Shown here piece after piece: positions 38,959 to 50,920 of a stretch of 64,000 nucleotides of DNA. The position numbers were made by a program, and so were the translations under genes. The notes below the pieces were generated by a model. That model searched no databases and was not told the DNA's origin. It was given only the letters and a program-made list of their open reading frames with translations. Origin of the DNA: Eremomyces bilateralis CBS 781.70. Lineage: Eukaryota. The stretch is taken from NCBI GenBank assembly GCA_010015585.1, contig ML975151.1; one strand, 5' to 3'. The stretch's first letter is position 1; each line of letters begins with the position of its first letter.

Positions 38959-40144
38959 GCTTCAATACGGCGGGTTGGGACTGGGGCTCTTGGATATAGG
39001 AAGTGCTTGACGGATGAGGCGCAATGCGGCAATATAGGGTGGGAGGACGGGATGATCATGAGGCGTCTGAGGGGATTCCGGGCGCTTGGTCTTGGTAAAT
39101 ATGGGATTTCAGGACTGATGAAGGGGAATATGTCATGGATGGACGGATCAGGCACCAGGTCCCTATACCTAGAGGGCTACGATATGTTGGGCTATTTGAT
39201 GCCAAATCATAGACACACTTCCTCAAAACACCAAACTCCTTCGTTGCAATACACCTAAATAAATTAGAGTCCAGGTCCACTCACGAAGCATCATCTCCTA
39301 AATCTCCCAATCCTTCTATCCCATCCATCTCGATTCTCGATCTCTCCAGCCGTAACCTGCCCCTCATTGGCTCCCCTCTCCCCGAACATCGCGATTCGCA
39401 TCCACACCCCCTGACCCCGCCCCTCCCCTGTGCCTCAACCCTCACCCAACCACCAACCACCATCCCCCATTCCAATCCCGATTCGCCCCCCTACGATCGA
39501 CACATCCACCCACATCCTGGCGATCAGATTGGCCCACTGATCTCCCTCGATCGCTGACGACGGGATCCCAACTGAAGTCATGGGATTCCTCCGATCTAGC
39601 CGAGCCAGGGCATGGGAACTGACCGGGTTCAATCCATGGCGACGGTTTAATGGATAGCGATGATGGGAAGAGTAAGTGATTGATTGGTACGGAGTAGATA
39701 ACCAGAAACATTGGATCGAATGCGCAAATCGTATTCCTGCGTTCATCCCCTTTCGCTCCTGCGAATGGAATTGGTAGGTGTACATTGTACACATCTGCAC
39801 GAAACCGCAATTCCTGCTCGCTTGTCGTTCGTGCTGCCCTGAGTCCTGCATTGCGGCCCGGATAGGATGACATGTTGAACAGTGATATGAAAACCTCTCA
39901 ACATGTCCCCGGCATGAGGGAAATAATCCCTTTTTTCCCCCCTCTCTTCCAACCTCTCCACCTCCGCTAAGCAATCAACGCGAACGCAAAAAACAAATGG
40001 AAAAACTCCCCTTCTCCTTCTATCAAAGGCATCCTCAATCGTAAAATCACGCACTGTCGTCAAGGTTTCCCGCGCTCGTAAAGTAAATCCCAGGCCCAAC
40101 ATAAAATAATAACTCCATCCCACCCATCTTTCAATCAACCCACC

Positions 40145-40423
40145 TTACCCCTCCAACTTCGCCGCGCACCACGAACACGCCCCCGTCGACACGGTGCTCG
40201 CGTCCGGCGACGGCGTCGTCCGCTGACATCGCCCGCAACGCGTGCCGACGGGGGAGGCGGCCTCGGAGGAGCCGGAAGTGGAAGTACTGGCGGAGGAAGT
40301 GGTGGTGGGCGGGTCGGAGGAGTTTGTGAGGGGTTGGATGGAGGAGCGGGGGATGCCGTGGGCGACGGCAGTTTGGAGTTGGAGGAGCTTGGAGACGTCG
40401 GCGGTGGATTGGGAGTCGGACAT
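40145..40423 (-). CDS. Small protein (92 aa) with C-terminal CxxC...CxxC putative zinc finger
   Basis: ATG in ACCATG context; RCGRCQRT..ACSWCAAK; upstream branch/acceptor (CTAAC..CAG near 40538) suggests a 5' UTR intron; carries the genic skew module. Confidence 0.7.
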   Translation of the reverse strand: MSDSQSTADVSKLLQLQTAVAHGIPRSSIQPLTNSSDPPTTTSSASTSTSGSSEAASPVGTRCGRCQRTTPSPDASTVSTGACSWCAAKLEG

Positions 40424-40783
40424 GGTGGTTGGGGGGGGAGGGGATGGAAGGATTTGGGTGGTAGTGAAGTGTGATATGGAGAGATTCGGGGATTTTCTCA
40501 GTTGATATGGAGACGAATGGGTAATCAGATATTTGATCTGCGGTGAGGAAAGTTAGGAACGGTCGGTAGGGTTCTTGATAAATAGAAATGTGACAGGAGA
40601 GCACGGAGATCAGATAGAAGATGGAAGATGAAACCGCCGACTTGAGAATTCAGAATCATGAAGGTAAGAAATGAACGAGAGAACTGGCGCCCCCGATTGA
40701 TTTGTATACGACGCATCCTACCACTTCCGTGTGGTGGTCCAGGATGATCAGATAGCCCAGCGGAGAGTGGAGGATTAGTGTGA

Positions 40784-40811
40784 AACGGTATCAACGGTAT
40801 CAACGGTATCA
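40784..40811. repeat. 9-bp tandem repeat (aacggtatc) x3
   Basis: aacggtatcaacggtatcaacggtatca. Confidence 0.85.
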
Positions 40812-41947
40812 AACGTCGTTCAAATTTCTCAACTCCCCCCTGGGAATCGGCTCTGATCGAATATTCATGGTGTAACGTGAGAATTGTCGCCCTTACAGCG
40901 CTTGCGGGCTCTCGCATTTGACTTTCTCGACTGCGACCACATCACTAACCAGCTGGGCGGTTTATCGATGATCGGCGGGGTGATTGCCCGAATGTAGCGA
41001 TAGCCACGCCTGTCAACTGTCAATCGTGATACCGTCGCGGGCATTGGTTACGCAACAGAAAGATGGTGCGGCGAAGAGAGAGGTATGGCTGGTTCTGGAC
41101 CTGATGATCGACAACATTACAGCGACCTGATTCCTCAGTCGCATAGAAGACAAAGGAGAGTGTCGGTAATTCAGAGGTATTCGGCATGTAAACGTCCTGC
41201 ATCCTGCGTCCAATGTCCGATGTTCGATGTGTCCGTAGCAACTCACGGATTTGATGGATTTGATGCAACGGGGTCGGAATGGCGCATTCACCGCGCGCGT
41301 CAACACCGATGACAAGACGGGACTCACCGGGAAATTCCAACCCAGACCAGATAGATCGTTCAGGGTCGACAATCCAGACCCTGAAAAGGTGGAACGGCGT
41401 ATCTTGGTCAGTCCGACTCACAAGGGATCGATGAGGTCATGGACGGGGTACAGAAGGAGTTTCCTGCAACTTGCTTTGATAATTACTGATGCATAATGCT
41501 GACACAAGCGACAAGGTAACCACGACAGACATGGGAGACGCGGCAGTAATTACCGATATATGTAAATAGATATCTGTATAATATCGTGTAGAAATGTGTA
41601 GACTAGTGTACCTGAAGAGTAGAATGAATCGTGGTGCTGAGTGCTGATACGGAGTCACTTTGACAAAGAATGCCACCGCCACCAAAAAAGTGGCATCGCC
41701 AATTTCACAGCAGCCACAGCAACCCCTCCATGGCTCCATCTATCGCATGATCTGTACATGGTGACATGTCCTGTAACTGTTTCACCATCAACCATCATCA
41801 ATCATCAAGTCACTTGTCGTCCCGTTTCCATCTCCAATTCCAATCCCCCCCAAACGTTCCACAGTCCCCGATACTCGGCTCTACTCCCACAATCCCTTCC
41901 AAACTTCCCCGCTTAGCATTCCGCTCCCATCCATCCGGACACACACG

Positions 41948-42748
41948 ATGCCTCGCTCAGTCGGACTCCACGCATACGACACCGTCGACGACCTCGCCCA
42001 ACGCCTCCGTGCCTACGTCCTCGACTCCCAAAACAGCGCCTTCAGCCGCCACGACGCCTTCCGCGTCGCCGTCTCGGGCGGCTCCCTCCCTAAGATTCTC
42101 GCCCAGGCCCTCCTGACGCCAACATCCCCCGCCTCCGAGGCCCCCTTCGATTTCTCCAAATGGCACATCTTCTTCGCCGACGAGCGGGCTGTCCCCCTCG
42201 ATGACGCGGACAGCAACTACCGCCTCGTGAAGGAGGAGTTCCTTGACCGCATCCCGGCAGCGCTGGGGACGCCGACGGTCTATCCGATCGACACGGCGCT
42301 CCTCGACGACATCCCCGCGATGGCCGACGCGTACGAGCAGACCCTCGTGAAGGTGTTCGCGGCGCGTGACAGCGTGCGGCTCCCGATGTTCGATCTGCTG
42401 CTGCTCGGCTGCGGCCCAGACGGGCACACATGCAGCCTGTTCCCGGGGTCGCCGCTGCTGAAGGAGACGGAGGCGTGGGTGCTGTCGATCGACGACTCAC
42501 CGAAGCCGCCGCCGAAGCGCGTGACGTTTTCGCTGCCGGTGGCGTCCCATGGGATCAACATCGCGTTCGTGGCAACGGGGGGCGGGAAGAAGGAGATTTT
42601 AAGGGAGATTTTCGATACGGAGGAGGGGAAGAGGTTGCCGTGTGCGCAGATTAATGAGATTGCGGGGGAGCGGGTGACATGGTTTACGGATTCGGCGGCG
42701 GTGGAGGGCGTGGAGTATGCGAAGCGCAGTCACAGCGGGAGTTTGTAA
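41948..42748 (+). CDS. 6-phosphogluconolactonase (Sol1/Sol3 family)
   Basis: FRVAVSGGSLP, WHIFFADERAVPLDDADSNY, FDLLLLGCGPDGHTCSLFPG, DSPKPPPKRVTFSLPV; 266 aa intronless. Confidence 0.96.
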   Translation: MPRSVGLHAYDTVDDLAQRLRAYVLDSQNSAFSRHDAFRVAVSGGSLPKILAQALLTPTSPASEAPFDFSKWHIFFADERAVPLDDADSNYRLVKEEFLDRIPAALGTPTVYPIDTALLDDIPAMADAYEQTLVKVFAARDSVRLPMFDLLLLGCGPDGHTCSLFPGSPLLKETEAWVLSIDDSPKPPPKRVTFSLPVASHGINIAFVATGGGKKEILREIFDTEEGKRLPCAQINEIAGERVTWFTDSAAVEGVEYAKRSHSGSL

Positions 42749-43310
42749 CTGGTCTCGAGGAATCGGGTTTCACAGTGGTCGAAGTGTTTCTTCCCTGGAG
42801 TTTAGCATGGCGTTCAATATGTGGAACAGTGATCGGATGCAGATGATTCGGATAGAGGCTGGGTACATGTCTTTATGGTGGATTCCCTGGCGGTTTAGTA
42901 GTACCATATAGATAGACTTTCAACATGAATTCAGGGCGAATGAATACCTATACTTTACTCCTCAGAGTCGCGATTCGGTTCGTTTACATCTCAGACTCCC
43001 AATGCAACCTTTGTACCTACGATCGGCCTTTATTATTCTTTCCTTACACCATTTGCCGACGGCTTTGTGGAATAAGTATTACCTTTAAGTACTCCGTGCT
43101 ACATGGAACGTAGCTAATACCTCGTACCGGCTAGCCATTCAGTTTTGACCATCTGATACAAGAACCCAAGTGGGGACAACCTTGTCGTCGATCAACACAA
43201 CCAGGGGCTATCACCGTTTGCTATTTGGCAATTGGCATTCAACGTTCAATCACCAACAAACATCAGCCCTCGACCGGTACCCCAACCACGAACAACCTCC
43301 AACATCAAAC

Positions 43311-44465
43311 ATGGCATCTCAAAAACCAACCGACCCATCCAAACGCCACAGTCTCCTCCCCCAACGCACCACCTCCATCCGCCCCGGGCCCTCCTCCCTC
43401 CCCACCCGCTCCAACCTTCCAACCCCTTCCTCCCTCCCACGCACCCAAATCCGCAAACCCACCGAACCCCCCAATGACCCCCNNNNNNNNNNNNNNNNNN
43501 NNNNNNNNNNNNNNNNNNNNNNNNNNNNNNNNNNNNNNNNNNNNNNNNNNNNNNNNNNNNNNNNNNNNNNNNNNNNNNNNNNNNNNNNNNNNNNNNNNNN
43601 NNNNNNNNNNNNNNNNNNNNNNNNNNNNNNNNNNNNNNNNNNNNNNNNNNNNNNNNNNNNNNNNNNNNNNNNNNNNNNNNNNNNNNNNNNNNNNNNNNNN
43701 NNNNNNNNNNNNNNNNNNNNNNNNNNNNNNNNNNNNNNNNNNNNNNNNNNNNNNNNNNNNNNNNNNNNNNNNNNNNNNNNNNNNNNNNNNNNNNNNNNNN
43801 NNNNNNNNNNNNNNNNNNNNNNNNNNNNNNNNNNNNNNNNNNNNNNNNNNNNNNNNNNNNNNNNNNNNNNNNNNNNNNNNNNNNNNNNNNNNNNNNNNNN
43901 NNNNNNNNNNNNNNNNNNNNNNNNNNNNNNNNNNNNNNNNNNNNNNNNNNNNNNNNNNNNNNNNNNNNNNNNNNNNNNNNNNNNNNNNNNNNNNNNNNNN
44001 NNNNNNNNNNNNNNNNNNNNNNNNNNNNNNNNNNNNNNNNNNNNNNNNNNNNNNNNNNNNNNNNNNNNNNNNNNNNNNNNNNNNNNNNNNNNNNNNNNNN
44101 NNNNNNNNNNNNNNNNNNNNNNNNNNNNNNNNNNNNNNNNNNNNNNNNNNNNNNNNNNNNNNNNNNNNNNNNNNNNNNNNNNNNNNNNNNNNNNNNNNNN
44201 NNNNNNNNNNNNNNNNNNNNNNNNNNNNNNNNNNNNNNNNNNNNNNNNNNNNNNNNNNNNNNNNNNNNNNNNNNNNNNNNNNNNNNNNNNNNNNNNNNNN
44301 NNNNNNNNNNNNNNNNNNNNNNNNNNNNNNNNGGAGGTGAGGGTGATGGGGGAAGTGGAGAGGGGGTTGGTGGAGTTGGCGAGGGGGAGGGTGGATCGGA
44401 CGTTAGCGGGGATGGGGAGGGATGGGGGGGTGGGAAGAAGGGTGCCGACGTGGATGGAGGCTTAA
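43311..44465 (+). CDS. Hypothetical protein spanning an assembly gap
   Basis: ATG 43311 in AAACATGG context (MASQKPTDPSKRHSLLP..), C-rich start and G-rich end ..VPTWMEA*; most of the body is N. Confidence 0.5.
   Translation: MASQKPTDPSKRHSLLPQRTTSIRPGPSSLPTRSNLPTPSSLPRTQIRKPTEPPNDPXXXXXXXXXXXXXXXXXXXXXXXXXXXXXXXXXXXXXXXXXXXXXXXXXXXXXXXXXXXXXXXXXXXXXXXXXXXXXXXXXXXXXXXXXXXXXXXXXXXXXXXXXXXXXXXXXXXXXXXXXXXXXXXXXXXXXXXXXXXXXXXXXXXXXXXXXXXXXXXXXXXXXXXXXXXXXXXXXXXXXXXXXXXXXXXXXXXXXXXXXXXXXXXXXXXXXXXXXXXXXXXXXXXXXXXXXXXXXXXXXXXXXXXXXXXXXXXXXXXXXXXXXXXXXXXXXXXXXXXXXXXXEVRVMGEVERGLVELARGRVDRTLAGMGRDGGVGRRVPTWMEA
43483..44332. other. Assembly gap (N run)
   Basis: Ns; C-rich left flank, G-rich right flank. 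Confidence 1.
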
Positions 44466-46067
44466 GCCCGAAAGATGTTGTTTTTCGCTGCATTAGGAGC
44501 GGGGATGGCGTTTGTTAGGAGGGATATATTACGGCAGTGATACCTCTGCTCGGATGATTTGGTACTGTTCCCTCATCCTACACACTATTGTCTACTGCAC
44601 TAGAAGGCCGGTACAGATATTGTTTGGCAACCAAACCTTGAAACCAATTTATGAAGTTCAAAACCATCCCACAGGAATATGATCTCGTCTCAGCATCAAG
44701 CTACCAACTTCATTGTAGCGTTCAAGAATGGACGTCTGTCCCACATCTTCCCACGCCTTCGCGAACCATCTCGACTTGACACCGCAATGCGATCAGTTAG
44801 TCAATTGATCTAAAGTCCATTGAATGGTAAGGTGCGGATGACATGGGCATGCTCATCATGTTGCCATTCTTGCACAGCATGGGATATTGGCGATTAAGTG
44901 CCGAACAGTATATAAGTAAGTAAGTACTCAGGGAAGCTCTAGTCTTAGAGAATGGGATGCTGAACCATGATGCGGGAGAAGGATGCAAGATATGGGAATG
45001 AAGGCGATGAAGAGCAGAAGAGTGATTTGGGTGAGCAGGGACGGAGTCTGATCGGTGGCCTGGGTCGGGCACCAGGACGAAGGGACGCCCTGTCGGGACG
45101 AGATTCTGTACTGACCGGACGGAGAGACAGATAAAGGTCATAAGGAAAGAATTTTCACAAAGTAGCCTCATGATGGATGCCCAACTGGCCCTCGATGTTG
45201 TTAGTATTTGCGCTGATATCTTGGTTGATATGCCAGGCTGAGCATACCGCATCTCTATGGTTCGGAGGACTTCAGAAAGTGGCATCCAGAGTACTCCAAT
45301 GATAAGTAGGGTTTCTGTACTTCTGTTTGTATGTAGTAGCATCACTACGATCTTCTACTCCAGAGGGTACGCGGCCATCAGCTTCGACGGCCATCCTCTG
45401 CCTCCGCCACACCTGCATATGCAGTGTGCCCTCGATCCTAGACCAGCTGAGATGATGCACCAGTCGGGAGATGAAGAGGGACAACTTCGCTAGACCCAAC
45501 TGTGGCGGAATCCAGGGTTCAAATTTCATTAAGCAGCTTGTTACTGGGGTGATGGCTAGACCCTTAGCCTTTGACAATGTTGATGCCATGTCACCCATGT
45601 TGCGCTGCCGGGCCAATCACTCCCAATCCCTCCACAGTCCCCACCCACAACAGATCGGCCATCCATCCCAACTCCGTCCCAAGATAACGCCGTGCTCAGT
45701 GTCGTATGCTGAGCTTAGTATCATTTTTATTCATTGTCGTGCAAGATTGCATTAACATTGCGAATCTATCGTTTCACAGAGTTGCCGCATTCCACCCCGA
45801 ATGCTGCCTTCCGGTTCTCCATTCTGCGCAGTATAATCGTACGGCCTCATACCAGCTGGAGACAAACTCAGTGGACCAACTACCCAAGCACGATTCAACG
45901 TCTGGTTTGGGGCACGCCTCGAGGACAAATACTATCTATTGCTGGTTTGAACCAGCGGTCATGATATTGTGACTTCTCTGTACAAACACGAGTATCGTCC
46001 ACCTCAAACCATGCAACACCGAATAGCATAAACATTCCTTAGCTCACCGCCATCCTTCCACATCCTC

Positions 46068-48544
46068 ATGTCCGATCCACCTCCTGGGCTCGCTCCCGCT
46101 GGGAGCAGCTCATACAGCTCCAACTCCCTCCAAGTCGGCGACGGAACCTGGGATTCCCAGCGAAACACATTCCTGCTCCCGAACCTCCAACCGCTGAATC
46201 TCGCCACCACCCAATACAATGGTACGTATAGAGCCGCAAGGCTGTCTATTCCGGGAGAGGAATGGAGACTGACTACCGAACCGCAGGCATGGGAAATCGA
46301 TTTCGAGATCTCCCGCAATACCATCGACTGGTCCTCGGCCATGGCATCCTCGCTGCTATCGTCTTTCTCGGGATCGTGCCCGGTGCGATCATCATCGCGC
46401 GGTTCTACCATCGTAACCCGCGGTTGGCCCTTCGGCTGCATATATGGATGCAGGTCTTGACGTTTCTTCTATCGACGATTGTCCTGATCCTTGGTTGGTT
46501 TGCGGTGGGGCCGAACCGTAGCTTGACGAACCCACATCATGGGATTGGCGTGGCCATCTATGTCATGGTGACCGTTCAGTTCCTCGCGGGAGCGATCATC
46601 AAGCGGGTGGAGAAGAATAAGACTCGATACAAAATTCCCCTCAAACTATATGTAAGCAGTAATCTACCATTGGCAATTAGCGCGAGCCTCACTAACACAT
46701 ACTGTAGCTCCATCAGTGGTTCGGACGAACTATTGCACTCCTAGGATTCGCACAGGTCCCACTCGGCCTTACGCTTTACGGGTCACCACGATACCTCTTC
46801 ATTATCTACGCAGTCCTAATGGCGGTCCTCGTTACTTTGTACTTCATTCTGAGCTATCGAAACCAAGGCGGGGCGGTGATGGACGACCGTGGCACCTATG
46901 TCAGCGGCTCACGGGCCGATACGACCCCTCGAAAGGAGAAGCATCGAGGAAGATGGGGCCTTGGTGCGCTGGCCGCGGCAACAGCTGCTGGGATTGGAAT
47001 TTCGCGGATGCGAAACAAATCTCGAAGTCGTAGCCGTAGTCGGAGTAGAAGGGCCGATAGCCGAATGGATGACAGTCGGCTAGATGATAGTCGATTGGAT
47101 GATAGCCGACTGGACGATAGCAGACTAGGTGGAAGGAACTCACGACCTGGCTCGAGGCATGCTTCGAGACACCGACGTCACTCTAGCCATCAGTCAGACT
47201 CGTTCGTTGACGACGAGAAGTACACAGACGTTGACCAGAAGCACACGTGGAGAAACCGAATACTTGGGGCGACGGCTGGGGTGGGCGCCATGGCTGCGCT
47301 TCGCAAAATGATGGGAGGACGCAACCGAGACGACGAGTCCATCGATAGCCGCTACCCTCATCATCCACTCGGTGGCGCTCATAATCTCACACAAACAGAC
47401 CTGAGCATGGCCGAAGAAGGTCGACTGCCCATGACACCGAAGCGACCTGCTGCCGCCATGACCGGAACTCCCGGCTCCCGACGACGCGAGTCGATCGATT
47501 CCTGGGATAGCCCCCCCAGCGTTGACCGCCACCACCGCCGCGGCGGCCCCGGCATGAAAGAAGGCATCGCGGCGCTCGGCCTCGGGGGCTTCCTCCGCAG
47601 CACCTTTAACAAACGGCGCGCCGACAAAGAAAACCGCCGCGTCGAAGACATGCGCCGCACCGAGCTCGACAACGAGCGCATCAACCGCGCCCACAGCCGC
47701 AAATACACCGCCGACGGCACCCCCCGCCGCCACCGTCGCCGACACAGCTCCCTCTCCGACTCTGCCATCATGCACGGCGCCAACCCCGACCTCCCCCGCC
47801 CCGGTGGACCACACCCTCCTCCCTCCGACCTCCCCATGCCCCCTCCCCCCCTCCACGCCGACNNNNNNNNNNNNNNNNNNNNNNNNNNNNNNNNNNNNNN
47901 NNNNNNNNNNNNNNNNNNNNNNNNNNNNNNNNNNNNNNNNNNNNNNNNNNNNNNNNNNNNNNNNNNNNNNNNNNNNNNNNNNNNNNNNNNNNNNNNNNNN
48001 NNNNNNNNNNNNNNNNNNNNNNNNNNNNNNNNNNNNNNNNNNNNNNNNNNNNNNNNNNNNNNNNNNNNNNNNNNNNNNNNNNCGCCTCGACGACGCCGAA
48101 GCCGCGGCCGAGCGCGACTCCCGCCGCAAAGACCGCCTCCACCGCCGCCGCCGCACCAGTTCCCTCAGCAGCGCCAGCGGCGACGACCGCTGGCGCCGCG
48201 CGGGCGATGGGCCCCGCCCAGGTGGGCCTAGACCGCCGCTTTCCGGCGGAGGAGGGTCGGTCGCGTTCGCGGAGCCGTCGAACAGCGGGGGGTATCCACT
48301 TCCGCCGCCGCCGCCAGGGCCGCCACCAGGAGGCCACAATACGGTTCCGATGGATCTGCCACCGCCGCCGAGGATTCCAGCGGCGGGAGGGGGAGGGAGT
48401 CCTGGGGATGGAACGGTGATGAGCGGGCCGTATGATACGGGGACGGATGTTAGTGCGTATGATAGTAATCGGAGGCGGAGGCGGGCGCAGAGAGCGCAGG
48501 CGAGTTTGGTGAGGGGTGGGGGGAGTCGGGTGGAGTTTAGTTAG
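46068..48544 (+). CDS. Cytochrome b561-like domain membrane protein with long disordered C-terminus
   Basis: Introns about 46222-46286 and 46652-46708; TM helices with spaced His: LVLGHGILA, LRLHIWMQ, NPHHGIGVAI, LHQWFGR; RS- and Pro-rich tail crosses gap 47863-48081 and ends SRVEFS*. Confidence 0.82.
47056..47127 (+). repeat. Degenerate 15-nt coding repeat (DDSRL) x4-5
   Basis: Translation ADSRMDDSRLDDSRLDDSRLDDSRL with synonymous divergence. Confidence 0.85.
47863..48081. other. Assembly gap (N run)
   Basis: Ns inside a C-rich tract. Confidence 1.
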
Positions 48545-50920
48545 GGGCGAGTGGGAAGGGGAAGGGTTGCATGGGTGGCTGGATGTCATCGACTATGGGT
48601 GGTTGATGGATGCATGCATGCGCGATGGGCGGCGTTCTTGGGTGGGTTAAATATGTATGAATGGATGATGGGCTTGCGGTGATCACCGCAACCTGATGTT
48701 GCAGAGCGTTGAGACTTGAGATCTTGTACGACTGACGATGCGAGAATCGTAAGACGCGCGCCCCTGCTTCGTGCTAGTTGATGTGATAGGGGCGAGGATA
48801 TGGAATTGTGCAAACAGCTTGGTGGGTGGCTTGTACGAATTGATATGACGAGTGACGATCGGACCTCAACCCAATGTTTATTGAATAGCCACCTCATTTT
48901 GCGTGATGGCGACTGCGTCCATCTAGATTTGGTAATTCCATTCTTGTATCGTTACTTCATCGCCCTCCATTGGTCCCTTCATTCGAGACTCCACTACCTT
49001 CATGATTCAATGCATTTCAGCCAGCATTAACGTCTTGCGGTTTCCCCCTCCTGGTTGAGAATGCCGCAGATGGGTGCAACCATCAGGGGGGCGGTTCTGC
49101 AATCTGGACCAGTCTATGGATGCATATTGACACACAGAGACATCTATCGAGATGCAGACTGCATGGAGATGCAAATAGCCGTGAATCATGCTCAATGTGT
49201 CTGCAGTCATGCACGGAGTTGGTGGCCAATCTTGCTTCACGTGTTTCACGCCGCTGCTCTGTCATCTTTCTCACCACCGCCACCACCACCTCCCAAAGAT
49301 GACAGAACCATTAGATCCCAACCGCCATTATTCGCCCATCGACGAACTGAGATCACCAAAGTGCACCTTCGCCTTCGCAAGGTCAACTATTGATCCCGTT
49401 TCCTCCCCTCGAACTCCCTGCTAATCAACCAATTAGCATTGGTTCCCCCGACTGACCCTCCCCGATATCCAGGGAAAAGGCAATCCGGAATGCCCCCCCC
49501 GCCGTACCAGAAATCACGCCAAACCACCAACGCCCACGGCTCCGGGTTCGGCGACGGGTGGTGTGGAGAAGCGCAACACCGCAATCCACCATCGTGATTG
49601 GCGGCGCAGCCATGCGGATCATCCACGACGGCGATCGATCGTTCCGCCTCGCCTGGGTGCCAATCACCCTCGCCAAACCTGCGAGCCACCCCTCAGGTTC
49701 ATCGACGGTCGAGCGCACGCACGCATCCATCATGACTCTCATCGGCCATCCCATTTGATATTTCGCAACGCCCAGTGGCTCAGAGCTGGCAGGTCGATCG
49801 CCTGGTTTCGTGATTCTTGACCACTCGGGAGTTGGGACCGGGCTTGGGGCAATGCTGGCCCTTGCATGGCTCGACTGGCGCCGTCGTGGATCTCAACCGC
49901 CAATCTGCATCACGAGAGGGTCAGTGGACTGTTTATCATTTACATGTGTTCGCGGGTATCCACTCAATCGACAATAATGTCGCTAGGTGGATGCGGTGGA
50001 GGAGGGACGCCACCGGTCTCGTCACTTCTTTTTCGATGTTCAAGCTGTTGCTGGAAAGCGAAGGTCCAAGTTGGGTGAGGGTGTGGGAGCGAGCGATCCA
50101 ATTATCGAGCTTATCGAGCCATTCTTCTATCTCTTTCATTTCGAGGACCGAGAGCTACGTACTGACGGCAGCTATCGTGGTCGACTAGCCCCGTATTATT
50201 ACTCTAATTTGGACCGCATTCTTGAGCAGCTGTCAAGACTCGGCGGAGGACACCCCAAGGCCGGTCGGTACCATACCGAAGCTAGGGACACATACAATCA
50301 TCTCCTATTTTGTCACCATCCCTTGTTCCCTAGTGTCGTCTACCAGAACAGTGACATCTCTTTACTCGAAACCCTGAGTCTTAAATATGCCCAAAGCCTA
50401 TTATTTCCAAAGAAGGCATCCCCAAACGAGAACTGCATCGTGAAGATTCACACTCGGAGGTCTCCTATGCAGGCTGATTGGCCTCACCCATCCATCCCCA
50501 GCTCGACGGGGAACCAGCTCCTCCCCAAGAAGGGCAGCTAGACCTGAGTTTGGGACCTATCCCACACCGTCCAGGACGGGGAACGTTGGATGTGCCTGCG
50601 TTCGGACTACGGCGGTTTGGCCCTCTTCGTCTCCCAACCGCACAATGACCATCCATCCCCGACCTCGCCGGATATCGAACTGTGTCGATTTCCCTCTCCA
50701 GGTCTCCCATGTGCATGACCTGCTGCTGGCGTAAGTCTGCTTTACCACAGCAGCAGGTCGATGATCGGAACCTCAGTTTAACGGGGCGCTCACATTCATT
50801 TTGGCCCATGGTGACCCGGTGATACTTCACCATGTGTTTTATGTCTGTCCGACCCTACTCTGTTGCTCTCGAGGGCTCGGTGCTATTTCGCCGAGCGTCT
50901 GATCAGACTATTTGGAAGTG

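Noticed and set aside
42746..42805. Stop-codon readthrough to a cryptic peroxisomal signal in 6-phosphogluconolactonase
   Set aside because: Stop is TAA CTG rather than TGA CTA, and the extension would end PGV, not a PTS1.
44797..45616. Minus-strand ORFs (182 aa, 114 aa) with one intron-like segment
   Set aside because: The spliced reading contains stops and no recognisable family; unsupported.
48600..50600. Many short ORFs upstream of the Zn2Cys6 gene (also 53500-55100)
   Set aside because: Mostly non-ATG starts and random-looking translations; better explained as long promoter or 5' UTR regions.
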